A stretch of DNA of 64,000 bases from Bacteroidota bacterium (GCA_013286655.1 JABDFG010000007.1:7216-71215), one strand, 5' to 3'. Numbered from the stretch's first letter, positions 18,745 through 28,765 are shown. Notes: a model not told the origin generated them from the letters alone. Numbers and translations are program-made.

Positions 18745-20859
18745 ATGAACAGCCGCTCCCAAACTTTCCTGGATACACCGATTGAATACCTAAAGGGAGT
18801 CGGTCCTCAAAGAGCCGACCTTTTGAAAAAGGAGCTACAGGTCTTTACATTTTATGACCTGCTAACGCAATTCCCATTTCGTTATGTTGATCGTACCCGG
18901 TTTTACAAAGTAAACGAAGTAAGCATTGACTATCCTTACGTTCAATTACGTGGTAAAATTAAATCAATGACAATGGCGGGGAAACCACGAAACCAAAGAC
19001 TGATTGCTAAATTTTACGACGAAAGTGGCACAATCGACTTACTCTGGTTTGCGGGCGCTAAATGGATGCTGGATAAATTAAAAGGCGAAAAAGAATTCAT
19101 TGTATTTGGAAAAGCAACGAGTTTCAAGGGCCAAATCAATATTCCTCATCCGGAAATTGAAGAGGTAAGCGAAGAGAATACACGTTTAGCCAGTTCCCTC
19201 CAGGCTGTGTACAACAGCACCGAAAAACTCAAGAGTAAAGGACTTGACAGCAGAGGAATCTATAAGCTCATGCGCGTACTTGTTGCCAACATTCACAAAA
19301 ATATACCTGAAACGATTTCAGACGAGCTGTTGGGTGAGTACAAATTAATGCAACGCGAACGGGCGTTCCAGACTATTCACCTGCCGGAAAACCCCGAAGC
19401 CTTAAGAAAAGCAGAATACCGGTTAAAATTCGAAGAATTGTTCTTTATCCAACTTCGTCTGCTTCGTTTAAAAGTGATCCGTCAGAAAAATTTCAAAGGT
19501 TTTGTATTCGGAAAAGTAGGAGAATACTTTAACACTTTTTATACCCAATACCTGCCATTCGATCTTACAGGAGCCCAAAAGCGTGTAATAAAGGAAATCC
19601 GTTACGACATGGGTTCGGGCAAGCAAATGAATCGTCTGTTACAGGGAGATGTAGGCAGTGGCAAAACATTGGTTGCATTGATGACAATGTTAATAGCTCT
19701 GGACAATGGCTTTCAGGCATGTATTATTGCCCCGACTGAAATCCTCGCCGCACAGCATTATGAGTCCATCAGTAAAATGCTGGAAAAACTACCGATAAAA
19801 GTCGAATTGCTCACCGGCTCTACAAAAAAATCAAATCGAAAAATAGTGCATGAGCAACTACAAACGGGAACCTTGCACATATTGATTGGTACGCATGCCT
19901 TAATGGAAGACGCCGTGCTTTTTAAAAATCTGGGGCTGATCGTAATTGACGAACAGCACCGCTTTGGCGTCGCTCAACGGGCACGTATGTGGAAAAAAAA
20001 CACACAACCCCCACATGTATTGATTATGTCCGCTACTCCCATCCCCCGCACCCTAGCCATGACTTTATACGGAGACCTGGATGTATCCATTATAGATGAA
20101 TTACCTCCAGGACGAAAACCCATATCCACCTCCCACAAATTTGACTCCCAGCGCTTGCGTGTATTTGGTTTTATGAAAGAACAGATCGCTATAGGTCGTC
20201 AGGTATATATTGTTTATCCCTTGATTGAAGAATCGGAAAAACTTGATTTAAAAAATCTGATGGATGGATATGAAAGTATTGTACGGGCATTTGCTCCTCC
20301 GGATTACCGGGTAAGCATTGTACACGGACAGATGAAGGCCGCAGACAAAAATTTTGAGATGCAGCGTTTTGTAAAGGGCGAAACGCAAATAATGGTGGCA
20401 ACAACTGTCATTGAAGTAGGTGTGAATGTACCCAATGCAAGCGTCATGGTCATTGAAAATGCTGAGCGTTTTGGCCTTTCTCAACTGCATCAATTACGGG
20501 GAAGGGTCGGGCGGGGAGCGGATAAAAGCTATTGCATCCTGATGACCTCCTTCAAACTGAGCGCCGATTCTAAAATACGGATCAATACCATGGTTGGAAG
20601 TAACGACGGTTTTGAGATTGCCGAGGTGGATCTTAGACTTCGCGGTCCGGGAGACCTGTCAGGTACCCAGCAAAGCGGAGTCCTTGACCTGAAAATTTCG
20701 GACTTAGCCAAAGATGTACAAATAGTCCAATTGGCCAGAAGCTGCGCTTCACAAATTTTAGCAGAAGATCCCACACTGGAAAAACCCTCCAACCAAAGGA
20801 TTGCCCAACAATATGTCCAACTGAATCAAAATAAAACCAACTGGAGCAGAATAAGTTAA
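18745..20859 (+). CDS. recG: ATP-dependent DNA helicase RecG (start likely ATG 18745; ORF track begins at TTG 18724)
   Basis: RLLQGDVGSGKT, DEQHRFGV, MSATPIPRTL, QLHQLRGRVGRG, DLRLRGPG. Confidence 0.97.
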   Translation: MNSRSQTFLDTPIEYLKGVGPQRADLLKKELQVFTFYDLLTQFPFRYVDRTRFYKVNEVSIDYPYVQLRGKIKSMTMAGKPRNQRLIAKFYDESGTIDLLWFAGAKWMLDKLKGEKEFIVFGKATSFKGQINIPHPEIEEVSEENTRLASSLQAVYNSTEKLKSKGLDSRGIYKLMRVLVANIHKNIPETISDELLGEYKLMQRERAFQTIHLPENPEALRKAEYRLKFEELFFIQLRLLRLKVIRQKNFKGFVFGKVGEYFNTFYTQYLPFDLTGAQKRVIKEIRYDMGSGKQMNRLLQGDVGSGKTLVALMTMLIALDNGFQACIIAPTEILAAQHYESISKMLEKLPIKVELLTGSTKKSNRKIVHEQLQTGTLHILIGTHALMEDAVLFKNLGLIVIDEQHRFGVAQRARMWKKNTQPPHVLIMSATPIPRTLAMTLYGDLDVSIIDELPPGRKPISTSHKFDSQRLRVFGFMKEQIAIGRQVYIVYPLIEESEKLDLKNLMDGYESIVRAFAPPDYRVSIVHGQMKAADKNFEMQRFVKGETQIMVATTVIEVGVNVPNASVMVIENAERFGLSQLHQLRGRVGRGADKSYCILMTSFKLSADSKIRINTMVGSNDGFEIAEVDLRLRGPGDLSGTQQSGVLDLKISDLAKDVQIVQLARSCASQILAEDPTLEKPSNQRIAQQYVQLNQNKTNWSRIS

Positions 20860-20896
20860 ATTGTGTAATTTCAGCAAACGGAGCCAGTAAATTCTG

Positions 20897-22099
20897 ATGA
20901 TTTACTCTTTAAAAAGATATTTCAAGTATTTTAGTATAACCCTTTTTGCAAGAAAAGAAAGAAGCCTGTTATTCCGCGATTTTTTTTCGTACTTTCTGAC
21001 CCGGTCTTTTTTAAAACAAAATTACTCCCCTTTTCATAAAGAGATTGCCTTGAAGAAAGCCATGTCCTGGCTTTTACATTCACAAAAAAGTTCGATCGAT
21101 GGAGGTTTCAGCACATACAAAACAATCGAAGGCTGGACAAGTTCTTATCCCGAAACTTCCGGCTATATCATTCCAACGCTCCTTTCATTCAAGAAATTTT
21201 CACGGGAGGAAAATAACATAAAACACATTACTGCTTGTGCCGATTGGCTGCTTTCCATTCAAAAACCAAGCGGAGGCTGGCAAAGCATGTATGTAGCCGA
21301 CGACAGACCCGAGGTTGTTTTTAATACCGGACAGGTTATCGGGGGACTTACAGAGATGTATACATATACCGGAGATGGGAAATACCTGAATTCGATCCTA
21401 AAAGCCTGCGATTGGTTATGCTCCATACAGGAAGAAGACGGCTCCTGGAAAAAATTTGCCTTCATGAATCAGTCCCGCGTGTATGATAGTTATGTAGATT
21501 ATCCCCTGTTAAAGGTTTACAAGATTACCGGCAATGAACGCTATCGAAAAACAGCACTTAAAAATCTGGAATGGATCATTAAAAAGCACCAGACGAATGG
21601 CTGGCTGGAAGATTGCGACAATACGCTGAAACACAACGACAGACCCATAACCCATACGATCGCCTATACCCTGGATGGCTTACTGGAAAGCGGCCTGTTA
21701 TTGAAAGACGAACGGTTTATACTGGCGGCTAAAAAAGCTGCAGACAAACTCCTGGAAATTTTCAATGAACAGGGTTTCTTAAATGGCCGATATGATCGCA
21801 ACTGGCTCGGATCTGAATATATGATCTGCACAGGATGCGCCCAGATGGCGATTGTCTGGTTAAAACTTTACAAGGTGTACAAAAATGAAACGTATCTTTA
21901 TACTGCATCAAAAATGAATACGATGTTGGTATTTATACAAAACCGCACGTTCAATGAAAACACGAATACAAAAGGAGCAATGCCGGGCTCATTTCCCTTT
22001 TGGGGCAAGTACGAACCTTTTGCCTTTCCTAACTGGGCAACCAAATACCTCGCTGATTCACTCATGCTGGAATTAGAGCTACAAAAGGAAAAAAACTAA
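20897..22099 (+). CDS. Alpha/alpha-barrel protein with QW-like (prenyltransferase/squalene-cyclase) repeats; function unknown
   Basis: SYPETSGYIIPTL; QKPSGGW, QEEDGSW, QTNGWL repeats; HTIAYT.DGL; PNWATKY..D. Confidence 0.7.
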   Translation: MIYSLKRYFKYFSITLFARKERSLLFRDFFSYFLTRSFLKQNYSPFHKEIALKKAMSWLLHSQKSSIDGGFSTYKTIEGWTSSYPETSGYIIPTLLSFKKFSREENNIKHITACADWLLSIQKPSGGWQSMYVADDRPEVVFNTGQVIGGLTEMYTYTGDGKYLNSILKACDWLCSIQEEDGSWKKFAFMNQSRVYDSYVDYPLLKVYKITGNERYRKTALKNLEWIIKKHQTNGWLEDCDNTLKHNDRPITHTIAYTLDGLLESGLLLKDERFILAAKKAADKLLEIFNEQGFLNGRYDRNWLGSEYMICTGCAQMAIVWLKLYKVYKNETYLYTASKMNTMLVFIQNRTFNENTNTKGAMPGSFPFWGKYEPFAFPNWATKYLADSLMLELELQKEKN

Positions 22100-22108
22100 A
22101 AAATACAA

Positions 22109-22438
22109 ATGGATCAGGGAAAAGACAAAGTGGAAAAAATTATTTTTGCAGCTATTGATGATTACAATGATTTCCATCCGGAAGAACAGAAGCTTGAAAA
22201 GAATACGGGAACAGTTTTGTTTTCAAGAGCAGGGTTTACAAAATCAGGGAAACTAGACAGCATCGGCCTCGTTAACCTTCTCGTTTTGATAGAAGAAAAA
22301 ATGAAAACGGTATTTGGAAACGCATTTATGTTAGATATTCAACAGCTGATCCAGGAGAAAGAAAAATATTTAAAAGATCTGGGTACACTGCTTGATTATC
22401 TTGAAATAATGTCTCGTAAAATTGAAAACAACACTTAA
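22109..22438 (+). CDS. Acyl carrier protein (stand-alone)
   Basis: Small protein with LDSIGLVNLL..IEE phosphopantetheine-site motif; overlaps the FkbH-like gene. Confidence 0.8.
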   Translation: MDQGKDKVEKIIFAAIDDYNDFHPEEQKLEKNTGTVLFSRAGFTKSGKLDSIGLVNLLVLIEEKMKTVFGNAFMLDIQQLIQEKEKYLKDLGTLLDYLEIMSRKIENNT

Positions 22439-24080
22439 AGGCATACTCATATCTGATTTTACCATCAACAATCTGAAGGGCTATCTTTCCAATTCCAACA
22501 GCGAACCCAGGATAGAATCCATACTTGCGCCCTTTAACCAGGTGCAACAGGTATTGTTGGACACTCAACTTGAATGCTGGGCAGCCAAACCCGATTTCGC
22601 AATTATTTGGTGTTTGCCCGAGCGCATTATTCCCTCTTTTGGAAAGGGATCAATCGAAACAGTACTTCAGGAAACGGATGAATTTATCGATTTGTTAAAA
22701 CCCTTACACCAACGGGTTAAATTCACGTTGATTGCTTCGTTCGCAATAGACCCCGGGAGGTTTAACGGATTAACAGCTCTCAAAAGCAAGACCGGTATCG
22801 AAAATATTCTTATGCAGATGAATCTGCGGATGATCGAAAAGCTGAATGAATCACAGGGGTTTTACTTGCTTGACTCCCAAAGGTGGATCGCCTCTTCGGG
22901 AACGTTAGCTTTTCAACCAAAACTATGGTACTTAAGTAAAAACCCTTTTCACAATTCCGTTTTTGAAAAGGCTGCAGAAGAAATTCAGTCATCCGTCAGG
23001 GGAATTCTTGGGCTGTCAAAAAAAATGATCATTGTAGATCTGGACGATACTCTTTGGGGAGGAATTCTTGGCGATATAGGATGGGAAAACCTGATCCTTG
23101 GAGGACATGATGCACTTGGGGAAGCCTATGTCGATTTTCAACGCGAATTGAAAATCCTGGCCGACAAGGGAATACTAATAGCAATCGTCAGTAAAAACGA
23201 AGAGAAAACAGCACTTGCTGCTATCGAGAAACATCCGGAAATGATCCTTCGCAAAAAAAATATCGCGGCCTGGAGGATCAACTGGGAGGACAAAGCCAAG
23301 AATATTACAGAACTTGTTAAGGAGCTTCGCCTTGGACTTGATTCAGTCGTTTTTATCGACGACAATCCTGTCGAACGAGCAAGAGTGAGCGAATCATTGC
23401 CAGATATTTTTGTTCCTGAAATGCCAGCCGACAAACTTTTCTACCCTGCTTTCCTGCGCAGTCTTAATTGTTTTAACAAGCCTTTCATAAGTCAGGAAGA
23501 CAGGAATAGAAACCTTCTGTATGCAGAAGAAAAAAACAGAACTGAAAACAGGAATTCATTCCAGTCATTGGATGAATGGCTTTCGGGTATTGGTATAAAA
23601 ATCAAGGCAGAAAGAGTTAGCAAAAAAAACAGTCAGCGAGTTACCCAGCTTTTAAACAAGACCAATCAACTCAATCTTCGTACACGCAGAATGACCGAAC
23701 AGGAAATTCTGGACTGGGACGCCTCTTCAGATAACTTTATGTGGGCTTTTAGCACCAGTGACAGATTCGGCGATGCCGGACTAACAGGAATTATAAGTAT
23801 TTCTGTTAAAGGAGAAACAGCATTTATCGCTGATTTCATTCTTAGTTGCAGAGTCATAGGAAGAAAAACCGAAGAAACCATGCTGGGCTTCGCTAACCTG
23901 CAAGCTATTAAAAACAAGTGCCTGTTTTTGAAGGCCGAATACCTGCCAACTGACAAAAACAATCCCTGTTTTCTGTTCTTTAAGGGATCCGGAATGAGAC
24001 GAAAAGACAATACATTCACCTGGGATTGTACAGCTGAATTTAAAATTCCACCCTATATCCATTTCACGTATGAAGTTTAA
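22422..24080 (+). CDS. fkbH: FkbH-like HAD-IIIC glyceryl transferase/phosphatase
   Basis: DLDDTLWGG, SKNE, INWEDKA.NI, FIDDNPVER, KTNQLNLRT.R, DRFGDAG, LSCRVIGR (conserved Cys). Confidence 0.92.
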   Translation: MKTTLKGILISDFTINNLKGYLSNSNSEPRIESILAPFNQVQQVLLDTQLECWAAKPDFAIIWCLPERIIPSFGKGSIETVLQETDEFIDLLKPLHQRVKFTLIASFAIDPGRFNGLTALKSKTGIENILMQMNLRMIEKLNESQGFYLLDSQRWIASSGTLAFQPKLWYLSKNPFHNSVFEKAAEEIQSSVRGILGLSKKMIIVDLDDTLWGGILGDIGWENLILGGHDALGEAYVDFQRELKILADKGILIAIVSKNEEKTALAAIEKHPEMILRKKNIAAWRINWEDKAKNITELVKELRLGLDSVVFIDDNPVERARVSESLPDIFVPEMPADKLFYPAFLRSLNCFNKPFISQEDRNRNLLYAEEKNRTENRNSFQSLDEWLSGIGIKIKAERVSKKNSQRVTQLLNKTNQLNLRTRRMTEQEILDWDASSDNFMWAFSTSDRFGDAGLTGIISISVKGETAFIADFILSCRVIGRKTEETMLGFANLQAIKNKCLFLKAEYLPTDKNNPCFLFFKGSGMRRKDNTFTWDCTAEFKIPPYIHFTYEV

Positions 24081-24480
24081 TCATATAGGCATAGCCGTGG
24101 AAAGCATTGAACGGTATTTTCAGGACATACTGGGACCGCTGTTTGATTGCAAAATGAAAAGCAGGATATACACGGACCCTTTACAGGATTCCAGAGTTGC
24201 CTTTGTAGAAACGGCGGATGGTTCGACAATCGAATTGATAGAGCCACTCAGCCCTGCCTCTCCTGTTTCTACTATTCTCCGCAACAAAAGAGGAGGTCTT
24301 CATCATTTGTGTTTTATGGCAGATAATTTTGAAAACGACCTGGCGAAATTAAAAAAGAGTAAATTCGTATTGGTTTCCTCTCCTAAAAAAGCAATTGCAT
24401 TCAACAACCGGAAAATAGCATTTTTCCTTAGTCCTTCGAATGAGCTTATCGAAATCATTGAACCGGAAAAACAGTCTTGA
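24070..24480 (+). CDS. VOC-family protein, methylmalonyl-CoA epimerase-like
   Basis: FNHIGIAV..IE; Q; IELIEP; GGLHHLCF; LIEIIE metal-ligand pattern. Confidence 0.85.
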   Translation: MKFNHIGIAVESIERYFQDILGPLFDCKMKSRIYTDPLQDSRVAFVETADGSTIELIEPLSPASPVSTILRNKRGGLHHLCFMADNFENDLAKLKKSKFVLVSSPKKAIAFNNRKIAFFLSPSNELIEIIEPEKQS

Positions 24481-25283
24481 TGGAAGTTACGTATGCCTAT
24501 TACGAAATTCCGGGAAAGCTTGCCATCCAATCCGACAATACCATCTTGATCGCCTCTGATATAAGCAAACTAGCCTATCATGCCGCAAAATCGGGTCTTA
24601 GATTTGACGCCGATAAATTCATTGACAGTCTGAAAGAAAAATTCAAAACCGGAACCTTGTTATTTCCTGCCTTTGTAAACCATTCTTCTTATCAATCTTC
24701 CTTTGATAGTTTACATTCAATTCCGGAAACCGGAACCCTGTCACTTGCCGCCTTTAAACGAAAAGATTTTACAAGGACCTCCGACCCCCTCCATTCCTTT
24801 ATGGTATGGGGCAAGCATTCGAATGAACTAATGCAATTAAAAAATAAAAGCACTTTTGGTGCTGATTCCGTTTTTGGGTTTCTTCACCGGAACGCCGCCA
24901 AAATGTTGCTGATTGATATCGACCTTCAACATAGCTTTACCTTTGCCCATTATGTAGAAGAACAGGAACGAGTCAGATACAGGGAATGGAAAAACTATAC
25001 CATACATTGCAGGGACCAGAATGGACATTCTGAATGGAGGAACATTCGTTTTTACGAGAAAAAGAATGGTGTTATGATTAACCTGGAAGGATTGAGAAAT
25101 ATATTTTTAATGAATGGAGCCGCATCCGAGTTATACATAAACAATTCTTCCTTTACGATCATTGACCTGCAAAAAAGTTTTGAGCTGATTCAAAAGGATA
25201 TTCAAACCAATAAGGCATCTAATCTTCATAAAACAAGTGTTTCACTTTTTATTAAAACCTTGATCAAAAAACTTATCCGATAG
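24477..25283 (+). CDS. AAC(3)-family N-acyltransferase-like protein
   Basis: GTLLFPAF, TGTLS, RTSDPLHSF.VWG, STFG.DS.F, FTFAHYVEE; the usual HSS is replaced by ASD. Confidence 0.82.
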   Translation: MMEVTYAYYEIPGKLAIQSDNTILIASDISKLAYHAAKSGLRFDADKFIDSLKEKFKTGTLLFPAFVNHSSYQSSFDSLHSIPETGTLSLAAFKRKDFTRTSDPLHSFMVWGKHSNELMQLKNKSTFGADSVFGFLHRNAAKMLLIDIDLQHSFTFAHYVEEQERVRYREWKNYTIHCRDQNGHSEWRNIRFYEKKNGVMINLEGLRNIFLMNGAASELYINNSSFTIIDLQKSFELIQKDIQTNKASNLHKTSVSLFIKTLIKKLIR

Positions 25284-25287
25284 TGTT

Positions 25288-26583
25288 ATGCTGTTGATAT
25301 TTGCCAAAAAAAACACATCGAGACTTCAGTACATCATTCATTATTTCTTCCGGGACATATTGAACACAGAATTCAATTTAATCAATGATGCAAAACAATT
25401 TGAAATCTATACCGGGCCAAAGCTAAATTATTCTGTACAATCATTTGAAAATTGCATCAGCATCTGTCCCCAGGGCATCCTTTTTGAGGATGATATCAAA
25501 CAGATAAAAATAGCCGTCTTTGATTTTGAAACAACGAAAGCTTTCTTCCGTACATCCTCTCCCGACTTTTCATTTGATCTTTTTGGAGCCAGTTTTTACC
25601 TGCTCAGCAGATATGAAGAATACCTGCCATTCATAGCCGACCAGCATGGGCGGTTTGAAGCAAAACAAAGCCTTTCAGCTAAATACAATTTTCTATTTCA
25701 GCCAGTAATAAACTATTGGGCCGACTCGTTAAAAAAAACACTACGCTTGCGGTTTCCCTCCATTCCATTCAAGGAAAACAAGTATCATTTTATCCCAACC
25801 ATAGATGTAGACAATGTATACGCCTACACCGGCAAAGGATTTTTCAGATCAACCGGGGCATATTTAAAATCAGTTTTAAAACTCGATCTTGAAACCATTG
25901 TTGACAGAACGTATGTGCTTTTGGGGAAGCGATTCGATCCCTTTGACGGATACCTCGAACAGGAATATCTTGTAAAAAAGCACCAACTTCAATTGATTTA
26001 TTTTTTATTGTTTGGTTCCAGGTCAAAATACGATCACAACGTAGCTCCTGAAAACAAAAAGTATCAAACTTTAGTACAACACCTTTCTGCATTTTCCGAA
26101 ATTGGCATTCACCCTTCTTATCGATCCAATGGCCGGTCTTCCGGAATTATCTCTGAAAAAGAACACCTGGAAAAGATAACTAAGAAAAAGGTTCTGCAAA
26201 GCAGACAGCATTTCCTGAAAATGAAACTACCGGATACATACCGGAACCTGATTGAATCAGGAATTACAGAAGATTATAGTATGGGCTATGCCTCTTCTCC
26301 CGGCTTTAGAGCCGGCACCTGCATTCCGTTTAACTTTTTTGATCTGGAACAAAACGAAGAAACGAATCTTAGAATATTTCCTTTCGCGGTGATGGATATT
26401 ACCTTTCGTGATTATTTGAAAATTGGACCCAAGGAAGCCTTAGCACATATTGAAAAACTGATCACGGAAGTTAAAAAAATGAATGGAGTTTTTATTTCCG
26501 TATGGCACGATCGTAGTTTTAGCACCACGCATTATCCAGGCTGGAAACAAATCTTCGAAAAAATGATCGAATTAGCAAAATGA
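25288..26583 (+). CDS. Polysaccharide deacetylase-family protein
   Basis: FYLLSRYEEY, TIDVD, EIGIHPSY, RQHFL, DYSMGY, GFRAGTC, VWH. Confidence 0.82.
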   Translation: MLLIFAKKNTSRLQYIIHYFFRDILNTEFNLINDAKQFEIYTGPKLNYSVQSFENCISICPQGILFEDDIKQIKIAVFDFETTKAFFRTSSPDFSFDLFGASFYLLSRYEEYLPFIADQHGRFEAKQSLSAKYNFLFQPVINYWADSLKKTLRLRFPSIPFKENKYHFIPTIDVDNVYAYTGKGFFRSTGAYLKSVLKLDLETIVDRTYVLLGKRFDPFDGYLEQEYLVKKHQLQLIYFLLFGSRSKYDHNVAPENKKYQTLVQHLSAFSEIGIHPSYRSNGRSSGIISEKEHLEKITKKKVLQSRQHFLKMKLPDTYRNLIESGITEDYSMGYASSPGFRAGTCIPFNFFDLEQNEETNLRIFPFAVMDITFRDYLKIGPKEALAHIEKLITEVKKMNGVFISVWHDRSFSTTHYPGWKQIFEKMIELAK

Positions 26584-27497
26584 TAAAGCATATTACGCAT
26601 CGGGAGATTGATAAAAAAAAATGGGACGTTAGCATTGCTAATGCCGGCAATTCCCTCATTTATGCATATTCCTGGTATCTTGATATTGTAAGCCCTGGCT
26701 GGGAAGCCTTGATAGAAGGAGACTATCAGACCCTTATGCCACTTACCTTAAATAAGAAATATGGCATCCCTTATCTATACCAACCCTTTTTCACCCAACA
26801 GCTTGGGATATTCTCCCCCGAAACGCTGACGGAAAATAAAACAGGAGCTTTTCTAGAGGCTCTTCCACCGCAGTTTAAGCTTATTGAGATCAATTTGAAT
26901 ACCTCCAATGAAACGAAAAATTCCGCTTTTTATCTCAGAAAAAATACCAGTTTCAAGCTAAACCTCGCCCAACCATATTCAACGATCGTTCAAAAATATT
27001 CTGAAAACACAAAACGGAATATAAAGAAAGCACAGAAGCAGGGACTCGTTTTAAGGAAGAATGCTGATCCTAAAAAAATCATCCGTTTATTCCGGCATAA
27101 CCGGGGCAAAAAAATTGAGACCCTTTCCGGAAAACACTACCTGTTATTAGAGAAGCTGCTGGAAGAACTAATTAAAAGAGATGCCGTTCAGATTCTTTCG
27201 GTAGAAACAGCAAATAAAGAATTATCTGCCGGAGCCTTTTTCATTGAAAGTGGTGTAAATGCAGTGTTTTTATTTTCAGGATCAGACGAGGGCTCGCGTG
27301 AAAACGGAGCCATGTTTTATCTTATTGACAGATTTATTTCGGAGAATGCACAACGTCTCTATACGCTGGATTTCAATGGTTCCAACAACCCTAATCTCGC
27401 AAGATTTTATAGCGGATTCGGCTCCCTTCCACAGACCTACTCGCAAATCAGAAAAAACAATCTTCCGTGGCTAATCAGATGGCTTAAAAAACACTAA
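26580..27497 (+). CDS. GNAT/FemAB-like acyltransferase-fold protein
   Basis: YAYSWYLDIV..W, QPFFTQQLG, YSENTKRNIKKA, LDFNGS..PNLARFY.GFG. Confidence 0.8.
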   Translation: MIKHITHREIDKKKWDVSIANAGNSLIYAYSWYLDIVSPGWEALIEGDYQTLMPLTLNKKYGIPYLYQPFFTQQLGIFSPETLTENKTGAFLEALPPQFKLIEINLNTSNETKNSAFYLRKNTSFKLNLAQPYSTIVQKYSENTKRNIKKAQKQGLVLRKNADPKKIIRLFRHNRGKKIETLSGKHYLLLEKLLEELIKRDAVQILSVETANKELSAGAFFIESGVNAVFLFSGSDEGSRENGAMFYLIDRFISENAQRLYTLDFNGSNNPNLARFYSGFGSLPQTYSQIRKNNLPWLIRWLKKH

Positions 27498-27517
27498 GAA
27501 TCCGTATATTTATAGGT

Positions 27518-27982
27518 ATGGGCTTGAGAGAATGGCTTGAAATATTGGGAGTATTCGTACTCAGCGCACTCAAATTTGGATTGGCAGGAGTTCCGACGGC
27601 TGTCTTTGCCAAATGGTCTTTTTTTAAAGTATTGACCGTTACTATTAGCGGAGGAATAACCGGCACGGTTGTATTTACATTTATCAGCGAAGCGATTATC
27701 CGTTTCTTTAAAGATATCAGAAAACGACTTGGACATCTGCCGGAAAAATCTAAAAAGAAATTCACCTTCACAAATAAGATTATCGTAAAAGTAAAACGGC
27801 GGTTTGGTCTATTGGGTATTGCTATCCTGGGGCCCTCCGTACTTTCTATACCATTAGGCGTCTTTTTATCCGTCCGCTATTTTAAGAACAGAAAAAAAAT
27901 CATGTCTTACTTTTTCCTTTCGATAATAGCCTGGGCAATTATCCTGTATTTCTTTTATAATATTATTTATCGTCATATTTAA
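27518..27982 (+). CDS. Hypothetical integral membrane protein
   Basis: 3-4 hydrophobic segments with a basic loop; KRRFGLLGIAILGP.VLSIPLG. Confidence 0.75.
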   Translation: MGLREWLEILGVFVLSALKFGLAGVPTAVFAKWSFFKVLTVTISGGITGTVVFTFISEAIIRFFKDIRKRLGHLPEKSKKKFTFTNKIIVKVKRRFGLLGIAILGPSVLSIPLGVFLSVRYFKNRKKIMSYFFLSIIAWAIILYFFYNIIYRHI

Positions 27983-27984
27983 CG

Positions 27985-28677
27985 TTGCAATACAAACACA
28001 TTTTTTTCGATCTGGACCACACGCTGTGGGATGCGAATGCCAATTCCGCAGAAGCCTTAAAAGAGTTGTTCCATAAACATAAACTCCAGGACAAAGGAAT
28101 TTCTTCCTTCAACGAATTTGTTTCAAAGTACAATGAGATCAATCAGGAATTCTGGGATAATTACGCGAAAGGGCACATAAGCAAACAAACCTTAAGATAT
28201 AAGCGTTTCTTATTGACCCTTCAGCATTTTAATATAAAAAACTACGACCTGAGTTATTCCTTGAGTGAAGATTATATAGCCTTAGCGCCTACTAAAAGCG
28301 GCTTACAACCTCACACACTGGAAATCTTAAGATACCTGGCAGCCAAATATACACTGCACATCATCACAAATGGGTTTGAGGATGCCCAATACAGCAAGTT
28401 AAAATCATCCGGCATTGACGGGTATTTCCGACATATTATAACGGCAGAAAAAGCGGGCAGTAAAAAACCTGCAGAGGGCATATTTGAGTATTCCATAAAA
28501 CTCGCAAAAACAAATGTGCAGGAAAGTATAATGATTGGAGACAACCTGGAAGTAGATATACTTGGCGCCCGTTCAGCGGGAATAGACCAAGTATATTACA
28601 ATATAAACAATCTGGCACATACGGAAATGATCAGTTTTGAAATACGTTCATTGATTGAATTAAAAGAAATTTTATAA
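27985..28677 (+). CDS. yjjG: YjjG-family HAD pyrimidine nucleotidase
   Basis: FFDLDHTLWD, IITNGF, KP, MIGDNLEVDILGA. Confidence 0.88.
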   Translation: MQYKHIFFDLDHTLWDANANSAEALKELFHKHKLQDKGISSFNEFVSKYNEINQEFWDNYAKGHISKQTLRYKRFLLTLQHFNIKNYDLSYSLSEDYIALAPTKSGLQPHTLEILRYLAAKYTLHIITNGFEDAQYSKLKSSGIDGYFRHIITAEKAGSKKPAEGIFEYSIKLAKTNVQESIMIGDNLEVDILGARSAGIDQVYYNINNLAHTEMISFEIRSLIELKEIL

Positions 28678-28723
28678 AGTTTCTTATTAACTTAGTATTT
28701 AGTCGTCGGTATGGAATTTTGAG

Positions 28724-28765
28724 CTAATGATTTATGACGAACGACTTATAACTTATGATAAACGA
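28724..28765 (+). repeat. Run of six degenerate heptamers overlapping the hemE start codon
   Basis: CTAATGA TTTATGA CGAACGA CTTATAA CTTATGA TAAACGA. Confidence 0.65.

Noticed and set aside
22109-24080. FkbH + ACP as part of a polyketide (methoxymalonyl or tetronate) cluster
   Set aside because: No ketosynthase, FabH-like, acyl-ACP dehydrogenase or O-methyltransferase genes nearby.
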